This document shows positions 20,112 through 32,437 of a stretch of DNA of 64,000 nucleotides, piece by piece. The number at the start of each line of letters is the position of its first letter. The first letter of the stretch is position 1. The DNA lies in the NCBI GenBank assembly GCA_963848295.1, contig CAWKDB010000011.1, positions 705,882 through 769,881 on the forward strand, in the 5' to 3' direction. The translations under genes and the position numbers were made by a program. The stretch is from an uncultured delta proteobacterium. Lineage in GTDB: Bacteria; Myxococcota_A; Polyangia; Haliangiales; Haliangiaceae. The notes below the pieces were generated by a model. It saw nothing but the letters and a program-made list of their open reading frames with translations, did no database searches and had not been told where the DNA came from.

Positions 20112-20504
20112 ATGGCATTCGACACGACCGGTAAGATCCACGTCACCTCCGAGACCAAGCAGGTGTCGGAGCGATTCACCAAGCGCGAGTTCGTCGTCGA
20201 GATCGCCGATGGCAAGTACCCGCAGTTCGTCCAGTTCCAGCTGACCGGCGACCGCTGCTCGCTGCTCGACGAGTTCCGGGTCGGCGACGCCGTCCGGGTC
20301 ACGTTCAATGTCCGCGGGCGCGAGTGGAAGAGCCCGCAGGGCGAGACCAAGTACTTCAACAGCCTCGACGTATGGAAGCTCGAAGCTGCGCAGGCCGGGA
20401 GCTCGCGCGGCCGGAGCAACGGCGAATTCGCGCACCGCGACGATCCGAGGCCCACCGATCTCGTCGCCGCCGGCGGCGGGCGCGACGACGATCTTCCGTT
20501 CTAG
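20112..20504 (+). CDS. DUF3127 family OB-fold protein with SSB-like acidic tail
   Basis: FTKREFVVE..YPQFVQFQL, FNVRGREW, YFNSLDVWKL, C-terminal DDDLPF. Confidence 0.85.
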   Translation: MAFDTTGKIHVTSETKQVSERFTKREFVVEIADGKYPQFVQFQLTGDRCSLLDEFRVGDAVRVTFNVRGREWKSPQGETKYFNSLDVWKLEAAQAGSSRGRSNGEFAHRDDPRPTDLVAAGGGRDDDLPF

Positions 20505-20572
20505 CCCCGAGGCCGATCGATCGGCTGTCCGCAGCAGAGCGAAGGACGGCCGACTCCTTAGGCCGAGGGGCC
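20504..20572 (+). repeat. Dispersed intergenic hairpin repeat, copy 1
   Basis: GATCGATCGGCTGTCCG-N10-AAGGACGGCCGAC shared with 41975-42013; first 19 bp identical to 44656-44674. Confidence 0.65.
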
Positions 20573-20585
20573 GGCGAAGGCGCTG

Positions 20586-21098
20586 CTACGCGACGGTCCC
20601 GACGACGGCCTTCTGGGTCTTCTGATAGATCCGGTCGAGCTCCTTCGCGAGCGGCTCGCCGATCAACCGCTGGGCCTCCGGGAAGAGGTCGCGTTCCTCT
20701 TCGTGCGCGTGCTGGAGCACCGAGCTCGTGATCTGCGCGAACATCGGCATCCATTCGCTCTCGTGGTAGTCCATCGCATCGAGCTGGATGATCATCTGCT
20801 CGAGCTGCGTCGCCTCGGCCTCGTGATGATCCGCGATCGCCTCGCCGCCGTGTCGACGGATGACCGGGAAGACCTCCAGCAGCTCGGCCTTTTCGTGAGA
20901 CAGCAGCGACACACGTAGCTGCTGCCACAGGTGGTGGCGCTTTTCGGGGTGTTTCTTGATCCGGTCGCAGAGCGCTCCTGCCTCACCGTGCTGCTCGCTG
21001 AGCGTCCTGAACACGCCGACCAGCCCGGTCCGCCCTGCTCTCACGCCTCCGACCACGCCTTTCGTCTTCGAAATCGCCGCATCCATTGGAGTGCGCAT
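20586..21098 (-). CDS. Hemerythrin-like (HHE) domain protein
   Basis: LSEQH, HEKAE..VFP, HHEAE, HAHEEERDLFP. Confidence 0.8.
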   Translation of the reverse strand: MRTPMDAAISKTKGVVGGVRAGRTGLVGVFRTLSEQHGEAGALCDRIKKHPEKRHHLWQQLRVSLLSHEKAELLEVFPVIRRHGGEAIADHHEAEATQLEQMIIQLDAMDYHESEWMPMFAQITSSVLQHAHEEERDLFPEAQRLIGEPLAKELDRIYQKTQKAVVGTVA

Positions 21099-21133
21099 TG
21101 GTGCCTCGCTGGTTTGGGTTCACCGACGAGAAG

Positions 21134-21149
21134 TGCATCGGCTGTGCCG
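21134..21149 (-). promoter_or_regulatory. Putative sigma54 promoter of the hemerythrin gene
   Basis: Minus strand CGGCACAGCCGATGCA (GG-N10-GC), about 35 bp upstream of the ATG. Confidence 0.5.
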
Positions 21150-21186
21150 CGAGGCGATGGCTCGCATGTTGCTCGGACCATCGATC

Positions 21187-21615
21187 ATGAAGGCTCTAGC
21201 CCCGATCGGACGCGTCTTGTTCGCGGCGATCTTCGTGATCTCCGCGCCGCACAATTTCCAGGCCGACACGATCGCGTACGCCGCAGCAGCCGGCGTGCCC
21301 GCCGCGCATACCCTGGTGCCGCTGGCCGGCATCCTCGCGCTGCTCGGCGGGATCAGCCTCGCGCTCGGTGTGCGCGCCCGGTTGGGCGCCCTCGCGCTGC
21401 TCGCGTTCCTCGTGCCGGTCACGCTGTACATGCACAAGTTCTGGGGTGTCAGCGATCCGCAGCAGGCGCAGATCCAGCTCGCGAACTTCATGAAGAACCT
21501 GGCGCTGATCGGTGGTGCGGCGTTCTTCGTCTATGCCGGCGCCGGCGCGTACAGCATCGACGCGCGACTGCAACGGTCGAAGCTGTTCGGCCAACCGCAC
21601 GCGAGCGCGACCTGA
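21187..21615 (+). CDS. DoxX family membrane protein
   Basis: IGRVLFAAIF, HKFW, NFMKNLALIGG, GAGAYSID. Confidence 0.9.
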   Translation: MKALAPIGRVLFAAIFVISAPHNFQADTIAYAAAAGVPAAHTLVPLAGILALLGGISLALGVRARLGALALLAFLVPVTLYMHKFWGVSDPQQAQIQLANFMKNLALIGGAAFFVYAGAGAYSIDARLQRSKLFGQPHASAT

Positions 21616-21617
21616 CG

Positions 21618-22613
21618 CTACGGCGGCGTGATGCCGCGCGCGGTGTTGACCGCGATCCGCCCGGTGAGCCCGGCCGAGAAGCTATTCGTCATCACGATGT
21701 CGAAGCCTTCGGTCCACAGCGCCTCGTGATCGCTCGCGGAGGCGGTCACGCCGGTGACCGACGTGAACGACTTGATGTGCGCGGGATGGAGCTGGATCGT
21801 GATCATCGCGGTCACCGCACCGGCGGTCATGCCCCCGAAGTTGTCGCTGTTCGCGTCTTCGTAGAGAAACGCATGCGGATCGGCTTGGGCGAGCAGCGTC
21901 GCGACGTCGGTCGCGTTCGCCGCTTCGACGACGTAGTAGACCGAATCGTGATCCGGGGCGGCAGGCACGATCGTCGTCATCGCCGACGTGCTGACCTCGA
22001 GGAACGCGCGGTCGGTCGCGCCCGCGGCGATCACGGCCTCGATCGTCTGCGGGATCGTCGCCGGCACTTTGACCGTGAGCATCACGACCATCTTGCCGTT
22101 CGCCCAGGTCAGCAGATCATCGAGCCTCTGGATGTGATCGCCGTTGATCCACTGGCAGGCGACGATGTCGGATACGTTCATGTCTTCGACCGTCGCGCCG
22201 AGGCAGCTAAAGTCGAGCGGATCGATCTCGTACGCCGCGAACGGGCTCGAGTGGACGACGACCGCCACGCCATCTTTCGAGAACCGGACGTCCGCTTTGA
22301 TCGCGTCGGCACCATCGGCGTACGCCGCGTCATAGGCTGCGGTCGTGCCATAGGCGGGATCGGCGAGCACCCACGCGCCGCCGTGGGCGATCAGCAGCGC
22401 GCGCTGACACGCGGGATCGTTCCAGCACGAGCTGATCGATGAGCGGTAGTGGCTCCAGTCGGCGGCCGCGTCGACAGTCGGCACGTCGCCGTTCGTGGCG
22501 TCGGCGCTTCCCGCGCCTTGGTTCGCGTCGGATCCGGCCGCGGGATCCATCCCGTGCGACGAGCACGCGGCGACGGCGAGCGCGAGACCGGCGAACGACC
22601 GAAGCGGCGTCAT
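21618..22613 (-). CDS. Glycerophosphodiester phosphodiesterase-like lipoprotein
   Basis: Lipobox VAAC; IAHGG, GADAIKADVRFSKDGVAVVVH, GFDIVMTN. Confidence 0.7.
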   Translation of the reverse strand: MTPLRSFAGLALAVAACSSHGMDPAAGSDANQGAGSADATNGDVPTVDAAADWSHYRSSISSCWNDPACQRALLIAHGGAWVLADPAYGTTAAYDAAYADGADAIKADVRFSKDGVAVVVHSSPFAAYEIDPLDFSCLGATVEDMNVSDIVACQWINGDHIQRLDDLLTWANGKMVVMLTVKVPATIPQTIEAVIAAGATDRAFLEVSTSAMTTIVPAAPDHDSVYYVVEAANATDVATLLAQADPHAFLYEDANSDNFGGMTAGAVTAMITIQLHPAHIKSFTSVTGVTASASDHEALWTEGFDIVMTNSFSAGLTGRIAVNTARGITPP

Positions 22614-22701
22614 GTGCCCTCATAGCCCGGCGATCGTGGGCCTCGCCCCGAAATCGACCGGCTGGCGCGATCCGCGACTCGGTTTGGCGCGTGTCGCGAC
22701 G

Positions 22702-23127
22702 TTATTCAGCGGTCGCGTCGACCGCGTACGTGCAGCGCGTGGTGCTGTCGGCCGAGCTGACCACGAGCTTCTCGGTGCCGCGAGCGGTCGGCCCGTCGAA
22801 CACGAGCGTGGCGCTCATCATGGCGATCGTGCCGCCGGTGTCGATGTCGCACGACGTCGACCACGTGCACGTCGTCGGATCGAACCCGCTCGTACAGCCC
22901 GATGGAACGCTCCCCGAGCCGTCGTCCGAGCCGTCGGTCAGCTCGTCTGGATCGACGGTCAGCGTTTGATCCGACATGGTCGGACACGTGCCCACGCCGG
23001 TCTCGAGCGTGAAGTGCTCGGCGTACGTCGCGACGACCGAGCACTCGCGACCGCTGCTGCCCGAGAGCCCGCACGCCGAGACCAGCGCCAACCCGATCAA
23101 CGTGGAGCGATGATGCAGCGGCGTCAT
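22702..23127 (-). CDS. Hypothetical Cys-containing lipoprotein
   Basis: Hydrophobic signal ending VSAC; Thr/Ser/Asp-rich. Confidence 0.55.
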   Translation of the reverse strand: MTPLHHRSTLIGLALVSACGLSGSSGRECSVVATYAEHFTLETGVGTCPTMSDQTLTVDPDELTDGSDDGSGSVPSGCTSGFDPTTCTWSTSCDIDTGGTIAMMSATLVFDGPTARGTEKLVVSSADSTTRCTYAVDATAE

Positions 23128-23257
23128 CTCTCACTCATAGCATCGCGGGTCCCAGCGCGAGGCATCGAACGAAGTGGCTGTGAAATACGCCACTGACAAC
23201 GGAAGATATCTCGGCGCATCGCCGCCGGCACCGGGCGAATCGTCTACGATCACCGAG

Positions 23258-24232
23258 ATGCCGGCACCGGGCATCGCTGAAGACATCGTCCGAGCTGTCC
23301 ATCGTGCACTGGTCGTCGCAGGGTTTCGCGCCGATCCGCAGCTCGGTGACGATCCGATCGTGCCCGGTCCAGCCGCCGACGACCTGCTCGTGCGCGCTTC
23401 GGCGCAACTCGGAGACGACGCGATCGCACTCGCGGTCGCGACCAAGATTCCGATCGGCAGCCTCGGCATCCTCGACTATGCGATGTGTACGAGCGCGACG
23501 ATGCGCGACGCGCTGTCACGGGTCGCGAAGTACTATGGCGTCGCGACCCAACGCGTGCGAGTCGAGCTCGCGACCGACGCGACGAACGCGCGCCTCGTGT
23601 TTCATCGCACCGGTGGGCGGGACGCGAACCGCCATTGGTCCGAGTTCGGCACCGCGATCATCGCGACGCGGATCCGCCAGACCCTCGGCGCCGAGGTCGC
23701 GTTCACCCACGTCGCGTTCGCGCATGCCCCGCCGCGCGATCGCCGCCGCCACGACGCGTTCTTCGCGACGCCGGTCGTGTTCGCCGCCGACCACGACGAG
23801 CTCGCGTTCCGCTCGGCGATCCTCGACCGCCCGCTCGTCACCGCTCAGCACGCGATGGCAGAGCTACTCGAGCAGAAGATGCGCGAGCTCGAGCCGGCGA
23901 CATCGGCGGGCGATCCGCTCGTCGATCGCGCGTACCGCTCCCTCGCCGGCATGCTCGACGCCGGCGCGACCGATCTCGGCGAGCTCGCGCGTCGACTCGG
24001 TACGAGCACGCGCAGCCTGCAACGCGGACTCGGCCGGCGCGGCACGTCGCACTCGGCGATCCTCGATCACCTGCGGCGCGAGCGCGCGTCGCGGATGCTC
24101 GACCGTGGCGAACGCGTCGCCGACATCGCGAAGCAGCTCGGGTTTGCGGCGCCGAGCGCGTTCTTTCGCGCGTACCGACGATGGACCGGCACGAGCCCGA
24201 AGGCGAGCTCGCGCGCGACGGCGAGGACTTAG
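23258..24232 (+). CDS. AraC family regulator (start may be 23174)
   Basis: LGILDYA ligand domain; ARRLGTSTRSLQR and IAKQLGF..PSAFFRAYRRWTGTSP HTH motifs. Confidence 0.88.
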   Translation: MPAPGIAEDIVRAVHRALVVAGFRADPQLGDDPIVPGPAADDLLVRASAQLGDDAIALAVATKIPIGSLGILDYAMCTSATMRDALSRVAKYYGVATQRVRVELATDATNARLVFHRTGGRDANRHWSEFGTAIIATRIRQTLGAEVAFTHVAFAHAPPRDRRRHDAFFATPVVFAADHDELAFRSAILDRPLVTAQHAMAELLEQKMRELEPATSAGDPLVDRAYRSLAGMLDAGATDLGELARRLGTSTRSLQRGLGRRGTSHSAILDHLRRERASRMLDRGERVADIAKQLGFAAPSAFFRAYRRWTGTSPKASSRATART

Positions 24233-24238
24233 CCGGGC

Positions 24239-24850
24239 TCAGTGGGCCGGGTAGAGCTTCTTGTACGCCGGTCGGGACTGGCAGCGCTGCGCCCACGCGG
24301 TGAGGTGCGTGAACTTCGTCATGTCGACCTTCTGATAACGCAGCCAATCGAGGAACGAGTTGACGTGCGCGTCGGCGAGCGTGTAGTCGCTGCCGGTTAG
24401 ATAGCTGCGACCGTCGAGCTTGTGATCGAGCATGCCGAGCAGCTCCTGCACTTCCTTCGCGGCGGCGGCGGCGGCGTTCGCGTTCTGGTGATCCGCGGGG
24501 ACCCAGTTGCCGGTGTTGCGACCGACGCGATAGATCGCATCGCCGAGCGTGACTTGCGTCCACACGACCCAGGTCATCGCCTCCCCGCGCTTCGGGCCGG
24601 GGGCCGGCCACAGCTTCTTGTCGACGCCGAACTTCTCGCCGAGATAGATCGTGATCGCGGCAGACTCGAAGATCGGCGTGCCGTCGTCGACGATCGTCGG
24701 CACCTTGCCGTTCGGGTTGAGCGCGAGCAGCTCCTTCGGCTTGTTCTTGAAGTCGACCTTGACGCGCTCGCACGGGACGGCGAGCTCCTCGAGCACGAGC
24801 TCGGTGATCGACGCGGTGGACTGCGGGGCAAAATAGAACGTGAGGCTCAT
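24239..24850 (-). CDS. Glutathione S-transferase family protein
   Basis: LNPNGKVPT, IFESAAITIYL, YTLADAH; start MSLTFYF after AAGGAG. Confidence 0.9.
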   Translation of the reverse strand: MSLTFYFAPQSTASITELVLEELAVPCERVKVDFKNKPKELLALNPNGKVPTIVDDGTPIFESAAITIYLGEKFGVDKKLWPAPGPKRGEAMTWVVWTQVTLGDAIYRVGRNTGNWVPADHQNANAAAAAAKEVQELLGMLDHKLDGRSYLTGSDYTLADAHVNSFLDWLRYQKVDMTKFTHLTAWAQRCQSRPAYKKLYPAH

Positions 24851-25028
24851 CGGCGGCTCCTTGTCGTTTGGAGGGCCGACCATGGCACGGCGTGCAAAAC
24901 GTGTCATGCGCAACACCGGCGATCCTGGCCGCGTGACGGAACCGACATAGCGGCGCGACGGGCTCGCAACACGGTCCTTATCGATTCGTAATGCCGCGCT
25001 GCGCGGGTTCGGCGACACTGCGCGCGCC

Positions 25029-26747
25029 ATGCGCCACACGCTGTTCGTTGCCCTGGTCGTCGTCGCCGCCGCCTGCTCGAAGTCGCACCCGGGAACCGGT
25101 AGCGATTCGAGCGTACCGGGCGATGTCATCTCTACTCCCGATGCCGCCGTCGCATCCACGACGATGTGCGCGACACTGACCCCGCCGCCGACCGGAACAT
25201 GCAGCGTGACCAAGGGCAGCGCGGACCAGCTGATCGAGGGCAACGTCGTCACGCCGAGCACGATCTACATCGGCGGCCAAGTCGCGGTGCGCTCCGACGG
25301 CAACATCACGTGCGTCGGCTGCAACTGCGCCGCCGGCGGCGAGACCGTCATCTCGTGCGCCGCCGCGACGATCTCGCCTGGCCTCATCAACACCCACGAT
25401 CACATCACGTACACCCAGGACGCACCGCCGGTGCCGGCCACGGAGCGCTACGACGATCGCCAGCAGTGGCGCGAAGGCCTCGAAGGTCACACCAAGCTCG
25501 ATAACCCGGGAAGCGCGAGCAACGCGCAGATCAGCTGGGGCGAGCTGCGCCACGTGATGGCGGGCACGACCTCGCTCGTCGGGTCCGGTGGCCAACCGGG
25601 CTTCGTGCGCAACCTCGACAAGTCCGGCACCGACGAAGGTGGGCTCAGCGGCGTCGGCTCGGTCTATTTCGACACGTTCCCGCTCGACGACACGAGCGGC
25701 ACGCAAGAGACGACCAACTGTAACTACGGCGGCACGCCGACGACGGGTGCGGCGGTCGCGACCGACACCGCGTACGAGCCACACACGTCGGAGGGTGTGG
25801 ATGCGTACGCGCACAACGAGTTCCTGTGCGAGAGCTCGACCACCTACGACACGACCGCGCCCGGCACGTCGAACGACCTCATGATCGCGAAGACGTCCGT
25901 GATCCATGCGGTCGGCCTCGAGCCGGCGGACTACGCGCTTATGGCCTCGGCGAAGACCGGCATGATCTGGTCGCCGCGCTCGAACGTGTCGCTGTATGGC
26001 GATACCGCGCGCATCCTCGTCGCGGCCCGGCTCGGCATCAACATCGCGCTCGGCACCGACTGGCTGCCGAGCGGCTCGATGAACCTGCTGCGCGAGCTCA
26101 CCTGCGCGGACAGCCTCAACAAGACGTACCTCGGCGGTTACTTCACAGATCAAGATCTGTGGGCGATGGTGACCTCGAACGCCGCGCTCGCGACGAAGAT
26201 GAACGCGCGGATCGGCACGCTCGCGGTCGGCCAGGTCGGCGACGTCGCGGTGTTTGCGGCGAACGGCAAGGAGCCATTTCGCGCGGTGATCGAGGCGCAG
26301 CCGCAAGACGTCGCGCTGGTCATGCGCGGCGGTGTCACGCTGTACGGCGATGACGCGGTGGTCAGCGCGCTCGCGACCGGGTGCGACGCGGTCGACGTCT
26401 GCGGCACGAACAAGCGGGTGTGTGCGCAGAGCGAGGTCGGCATGAGCTACACGGCGCTGCAAACCGCGGGCGGCGCGAGCTACCCCGCGTTCGCGTGCGG
26501 AACGCCGATGAACGAGCCGTCGTGTACGCCGTCGCGACCGACCGCGGTCGCGGGATCGACGATCTACACCGGCGCGCTGTCGGCGACCGACAGCGACGGT
26601 GATGGCATCCCGGACGCGAGCGACAACTGCCCGACCGTGTTCAACCCGGTGCGGCCGATGGATCACGGTGTGCAGCCGGACGCCGACGGGGATGGCCTGG
26701 GCGACGCGTGCGATCCGTGCCCGCTCGACGCCGCGAACGCTTGTTAG
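25029..26747 (+). CDS. Amidohydrolase-family lipoprotein with thrombospondin type-3 repeats
   Basis: Lipobox AAAC; PGLINTHDH, HTSEG, WSPRSN, ALGTDW; DSDGDGIPDASDNCP..DADGDGLGDACD. Confidence 0.8.
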   Translation: MRHTLFVALVVVAAACSKSHPGTGSDSSVPGDVISTPDAAVASTTMCATLTPPPTGTCSVTKGSADQLIEGNVVTPSTIYIGGQVAVRSDGNITCVGCNCAAGGETVISCAAATISPGLINTHDHITYTQDAPPVPATERYDDRQQWREGLEGHTKLDNPGSASNAQISWGELRHVMAGTTSLVGSGGQPGFVRNLDKSGTDEGGLSGVGSVYFDTFPLDDTSGTQETTNCNYGGTPTTGAAVATDTAYEPHTSEGVDAYAHNEFLCESSTTYDTTAPGTSNDLMIAKTSVIHAVGLEPADYALMASAKTGMIWSPRSNVSLYGDTARILVAARLGINIALGTDWLPSGSMNLLRELTCADSLNKTYLGGYFTDQDLWAMVTSNAALATKMNARIGTLAVGQVGDVAVFAANGKEPFRAVIEAQPQDVALVMRGGVTLYGDDAVVSALATGCDAVDVCGTNKRVCAQSEVGMSYTALQTAGGASYPAFACGTPMNEPSCTPSRPTAVAGSTIYTGALSATDSDGDGIPDASDNCPTVFNPVRPMDHGVQPDADGDGLGDACDPCPLDAANAC

Positions 26748-26762
26748 GGTTACGATAGCTCG

Positions 26763-27910
26763 GTGGGCCATGCCGACGACCTCTACGAGTGGCTGCTCGA
26801 CGGCACGCCGGGCGCGACGTCAGCGGAGCTCATCGTCGAACGGATCGCGACGTCGCTCGTCGCCGATGGCGTGCCGATCGCGCGGTTCCACGTGTTCGTC
26901 AAGACGCTGCATCCGACCGTGCTCGGCCGCCAGTTCCGCTGGGTCGATGGCGCGCTCGCGCCGACCAGCGAGCTCACGCTCGAGCTCCAGCAGGCTGCGG
27001 CGTTCCAACACAGCCCGCTGAGCGCGGTCGCGATCGGCCAAGAAGTCCGGCGCAACCTCGAGCGCGAGCTCGCCCCGGACGACTACCCGGTGATGCACGA
27101 TCTGCGCGCCGCCGGTTTCACCGAGTACGTCTGCCTGCCGCTGCACTTCATCAGCGGCGAGATCCACGCGATCACGATCGCGACCCGGCAGCCGGGCGGG
27201 TTCACGGACGACCATGTCGCCACGTTCCGTCGCCTCGCGCGCCCGCTCCAGCTGGTCGCCGAGATCTGGGCGTTGCGCCGGGTCGCGACGAACTTGCTCG
27301 ACACCTACGTCGGCTGGCATTCGGGCGAGCGGATCATGCGCGGTCGGATCATGCGCGGCGATCTCGAGACGATGCACGCGGTGATCTGGTTCTCCGACCT
27401 GCGCGGGTTCACCGCGATGTCAGCGAACCTCGCGCCCCGCGCGGCGGTCGCCGTGCTCAACGAGGTGTTCGACTTTCAGGTCTCGGCGATCGAGCGCCAC
27501 GGCGGCGAGGTCCTCAAGTTCATCGGCGACGGGCTGCTCGCGATCTTCCCACTCGACGAAGGCGAAGATCCCGCCGCGCGTTGTCAGGCCGCGATCACCG
27601 CCGGCGACGAAGCGTTCGCCGCGCTCGACACGCGCAACGCCACCGCGACCGAGCCGCTGCGCTTCGGGCTCGCACTCCACATCGGCGAGATCGCCTACGG
27701 CAACATCGGCGGCGCGTCGCGGCTCGACTTCACCGCGATCGGCGCCGCGGTCAACCTCGCGTCCCGGCTCGAAGGCCTGACCGGCAAGCTCGGCCACCGC
27801 ATGGTGCTATCGGCGGAGCTCGCCGCGCACGCGAGCATCCCGCTCGACGATCTCGGCGCGTTCGAGCTCAAAGGCGTCGCGACTCCGCAGCGCGTGTTCG
27901 CGCCTCGCGC

Positions 27911-27914
<4 letters not shown>
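26763..27914 (+). CDS. Class III adenylate cyclase with GAF-like N-terminus
   Basis: FSDLRGFT, LKFIGDG, DFTAIGAAVNLASRLE. Confidence 0.88.
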
Positions 27915-30145
<2,231 letters not shown>

Positions 30146-30198
30146 TTCCCGGCACCCTATCATGTCGTCACAGGCGGCCGCGACAGAGATCTTGGGGG

Positions 30199-30519
30199 CT
30201 ACTCCGGCGGTGGCGCCAGCTCGGACCGGCAACGCGACGTTTCGTAGTAGCCGTAACTGGCCGAGGCGGCAGCCCAAACCGCGGTGACCAGCGCCGAGAG
30301 CGGCCAGGGGCTGCTGTGGGTTTGCTCGTTGTAGACCGCCGCCGCCGTACCGAGTGCAGCCCCGGATGCGACGGTGTCGACGATCGGCGCCCACTTCAGC
30401 CGATCGCAATCGACCGACGCGACCGCGTGGTGCGACGGGTAATGCATCAAGGTAAACGAACAGCCGCCGAGGGCGGCGGCCGCGAGCACTGCACAAACCA
30501 AGCGAGACATTGCGGACAT
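30199..30519 (-). CDS. Small hypothetical membrane lipoprotein
   Basis: LGGC lipobox; two hydrophobic helices; APIVDT..SASYGY..TSRC. Confidence 0.55.
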   Translation of the reverse strand: MSAMSRLVCAVLAAAALGGCSFTLMHYPSHHAVASVDCDRLKWAPIVDTVASGAALGTAAAVYNEQTHSSPWPLSALVTAVWAAASASYGYYETSRCRSELAPPPE

Positions 30520-30631
30520 CCTCGCACGCGACCCCGGCGCGATCTGTCAAACCGCTGGGGCATCGAGCCCGATGCGTGATCGCGTCGGCACGTGGCAGAT
30601 TGTCTCGCCCTCGAACCAAGCGCGGTGACCG

Positions 30632-32437
30632 TCACATCCCCTCGGGCGTCGCAGCGGTCGGCCTCGAGTGCCGGGTCAGGGCGGTGACCAGATCGCTGCG
30701 CGTCACGATCCCGATCGCACGTCCGCGGTCGTGTTCATCGATGATGATGATCCGGCCGACGTTTTCCTGCGCCATGCGCATGACCGCGGCGCGCGCGGTC
30801 TCGCTCGGACGGGCCACCACCGGCGGGCGTGCGATCACGCGTTCGACCACCTCGTCCGGAGCGCTCGCGAGGAGCTCGCGCGCGGTCACCACGCCGATCA
30901 ACCGATCACCGCGTACGACCGGATAGGCTTGGTGCCGCTCGTCGCGCGACCGCAGCTCGGCGAGCGCATCGGCGACCCGAGCGTCGGCTCCGACGACGCG
31001 CAACGTCTTCGAGGCGAGCTCGCCGACCGCGACCTGCGCGAGCGGATCGACATCGTACTCGCCGGCGACGCGAACGCCGCGGCGCACCAGCTTCTCCGTC
31101 ATGATCGTCGTCCGCATCATCAGGCACGACGCGAAGTACGCGAGGGTCACGCCCGCGACGATCGGGACGACCGAGTGAATCTCCTGCGTCGCCTCGAGAG
31201 CGAACGCGATCGATGCGAGCAAGGCGCGCGAAGCGCCTGCGAACATCGCGGTCATGCCGACGAGCGCGCCGACTCGCGGATCGATCCCCGCGTGTGGCAA
31301 CACGAGGGCCGCGCCGTGCGCGAGCAACCACCCCATGCCGGCGCCGAACGTCATCAACGGAGCGAGCGTGCCGCCCGACGTACCGCTGCCGAGCGCGACG
31401 ACCCACGACACGAGCTTCGCCGCGCACAACGCGAACAGCGCCCCGGCGGTGAACGAACCCGAGAGTGCTCCCTCGATGTTGTCGTAGCCGACGCCGAGGG
31501 TGCGAGGTTGGACGGCGCCGATCAGGCCGACCGCGACCGCGCCGATCGCCGGCCACCACATCCAATGAATCGGCAGGCGCTCGAACGCGTCCTCGATCCA
31601 ATAGACCGCGCGCGTCACGTAGGTCGCGCTCAAGCCCACGAGCGCGCCGCCGAGCGTCGCCACGATCGCCGTCGCAGTATTCGGAGCGCCGAGCGGCGGC
31701 ATCACGAACACCGGGCCACCGCCGTGCACGATCATGCGGATCCCCGCCGCCGCCGCGGCCGCGAGCGCGACCGGGACGACGGAGCGCGCGCGATACTCGA
31801 ACAACAACAACTCGATCGCGATCAGCACCGCCGCGATCGGCGTGCCGAAGATCGCCGCCATGCCTGCAGCCGCGCCGGCCGCAAGTAACGTCTTGCGCTC
31901 GCTCGTGCTGACCCGCACGACCTGGCCGAGCACCGAGCCGAGCGCGCCGCCGGTCGCGATGATCGGGCCTTCGGCGCCGAATGGGCCGCCGCTGCCGATC
32001 GCGATCGCGGCCGACGCGGGCTTCAGGAACGTGACCCGCAGCGGGATCCGGCTCTCGTTCGTGAGGATCTGCTCCATCGCCTCGGGAATGCCGTGACCCC
32101 GGATCGCGCGCGAGCCGTACCGCGCCATCAAGCCGACGACGATGCCGCCGATGACCGGGACGGCGACGACGGCCCAGCCTAGCGTGTTCCCTGCCGGCGA
32201 CACCGGATCGATCGACAGCCGCTGGTAGAACGCCAGGTTCGTCACGAACGCGATGGAGCGAACGAGGATCTCGGCGACGAAGAAAGCCGCGCAGCCAAGC
32301 GCGAGCGCATAGCACGCGACCACCGCGTCGCGCCGGTCCATCGTCGCGGCGACCGCTTCGACGTGCTCGCGACCGAGCGTGGCATCGAGCGAGGGCGCGA
32401 CCGGAACGCCGCGTCGCCACAGTCTAGGAATTGCCAC
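30632..32437 (-). CDS. CLC chloride channel/antiporter with CBS domains
   Basis: GHGIPE, GAEGP, GTSGGTLAP; C-terminal CBS pair. Confidence 0.9.
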   Translation of the reverse strand: MAIPRLWRRGVPVAPSLDATLGREHVEAVAATMDRRDAVVACYALALGCAAFFVAEILVRSIAFVTNLAFYQRLSIDPVSPAGNTLGWAVVAVPVIGGIVVGLMARYGSRAIRGHGIPEAMEQILTNESRIPLRVTFLKPASAAIAIGSGGPFGAEGPIIATGGALGSVLGQVVRVSTSERKTLLAAGAAAGMAAIFGTPIAAVLIAIELLLFEYRARSVVPVALAAAAAAGIRMIVHGGGPVFVMPPLGAPNTATAIVATLGGALVGLSATYVTRAVYWIEDAFERLPIHWMWWPAIGAVAVGLIGAVQPRTLGVGYDNIEGALSGSFTAGALFALCAAKLVSWVVALGSGTSGGTLAPLMTFGAGMGWLLAHGAALVLPHAGIDPRVGALVGMTAMFAGASRALLASIAFALEATQEIHSVVPIVAGVTLAYFASCLMMRTTIMTEKLVRRGVRVAGEYDVDPLAQVAVGELASKTLRVVGADARVADALAELRSRDERHQAYPVVRGDRLIGVVTARELLASAPDEVVERVIARPPVVARPSETARAAVMRMAQENVGRIIIIDEHDRGRAIGIVTRSDLVTALTRHSRPTAATPEGM

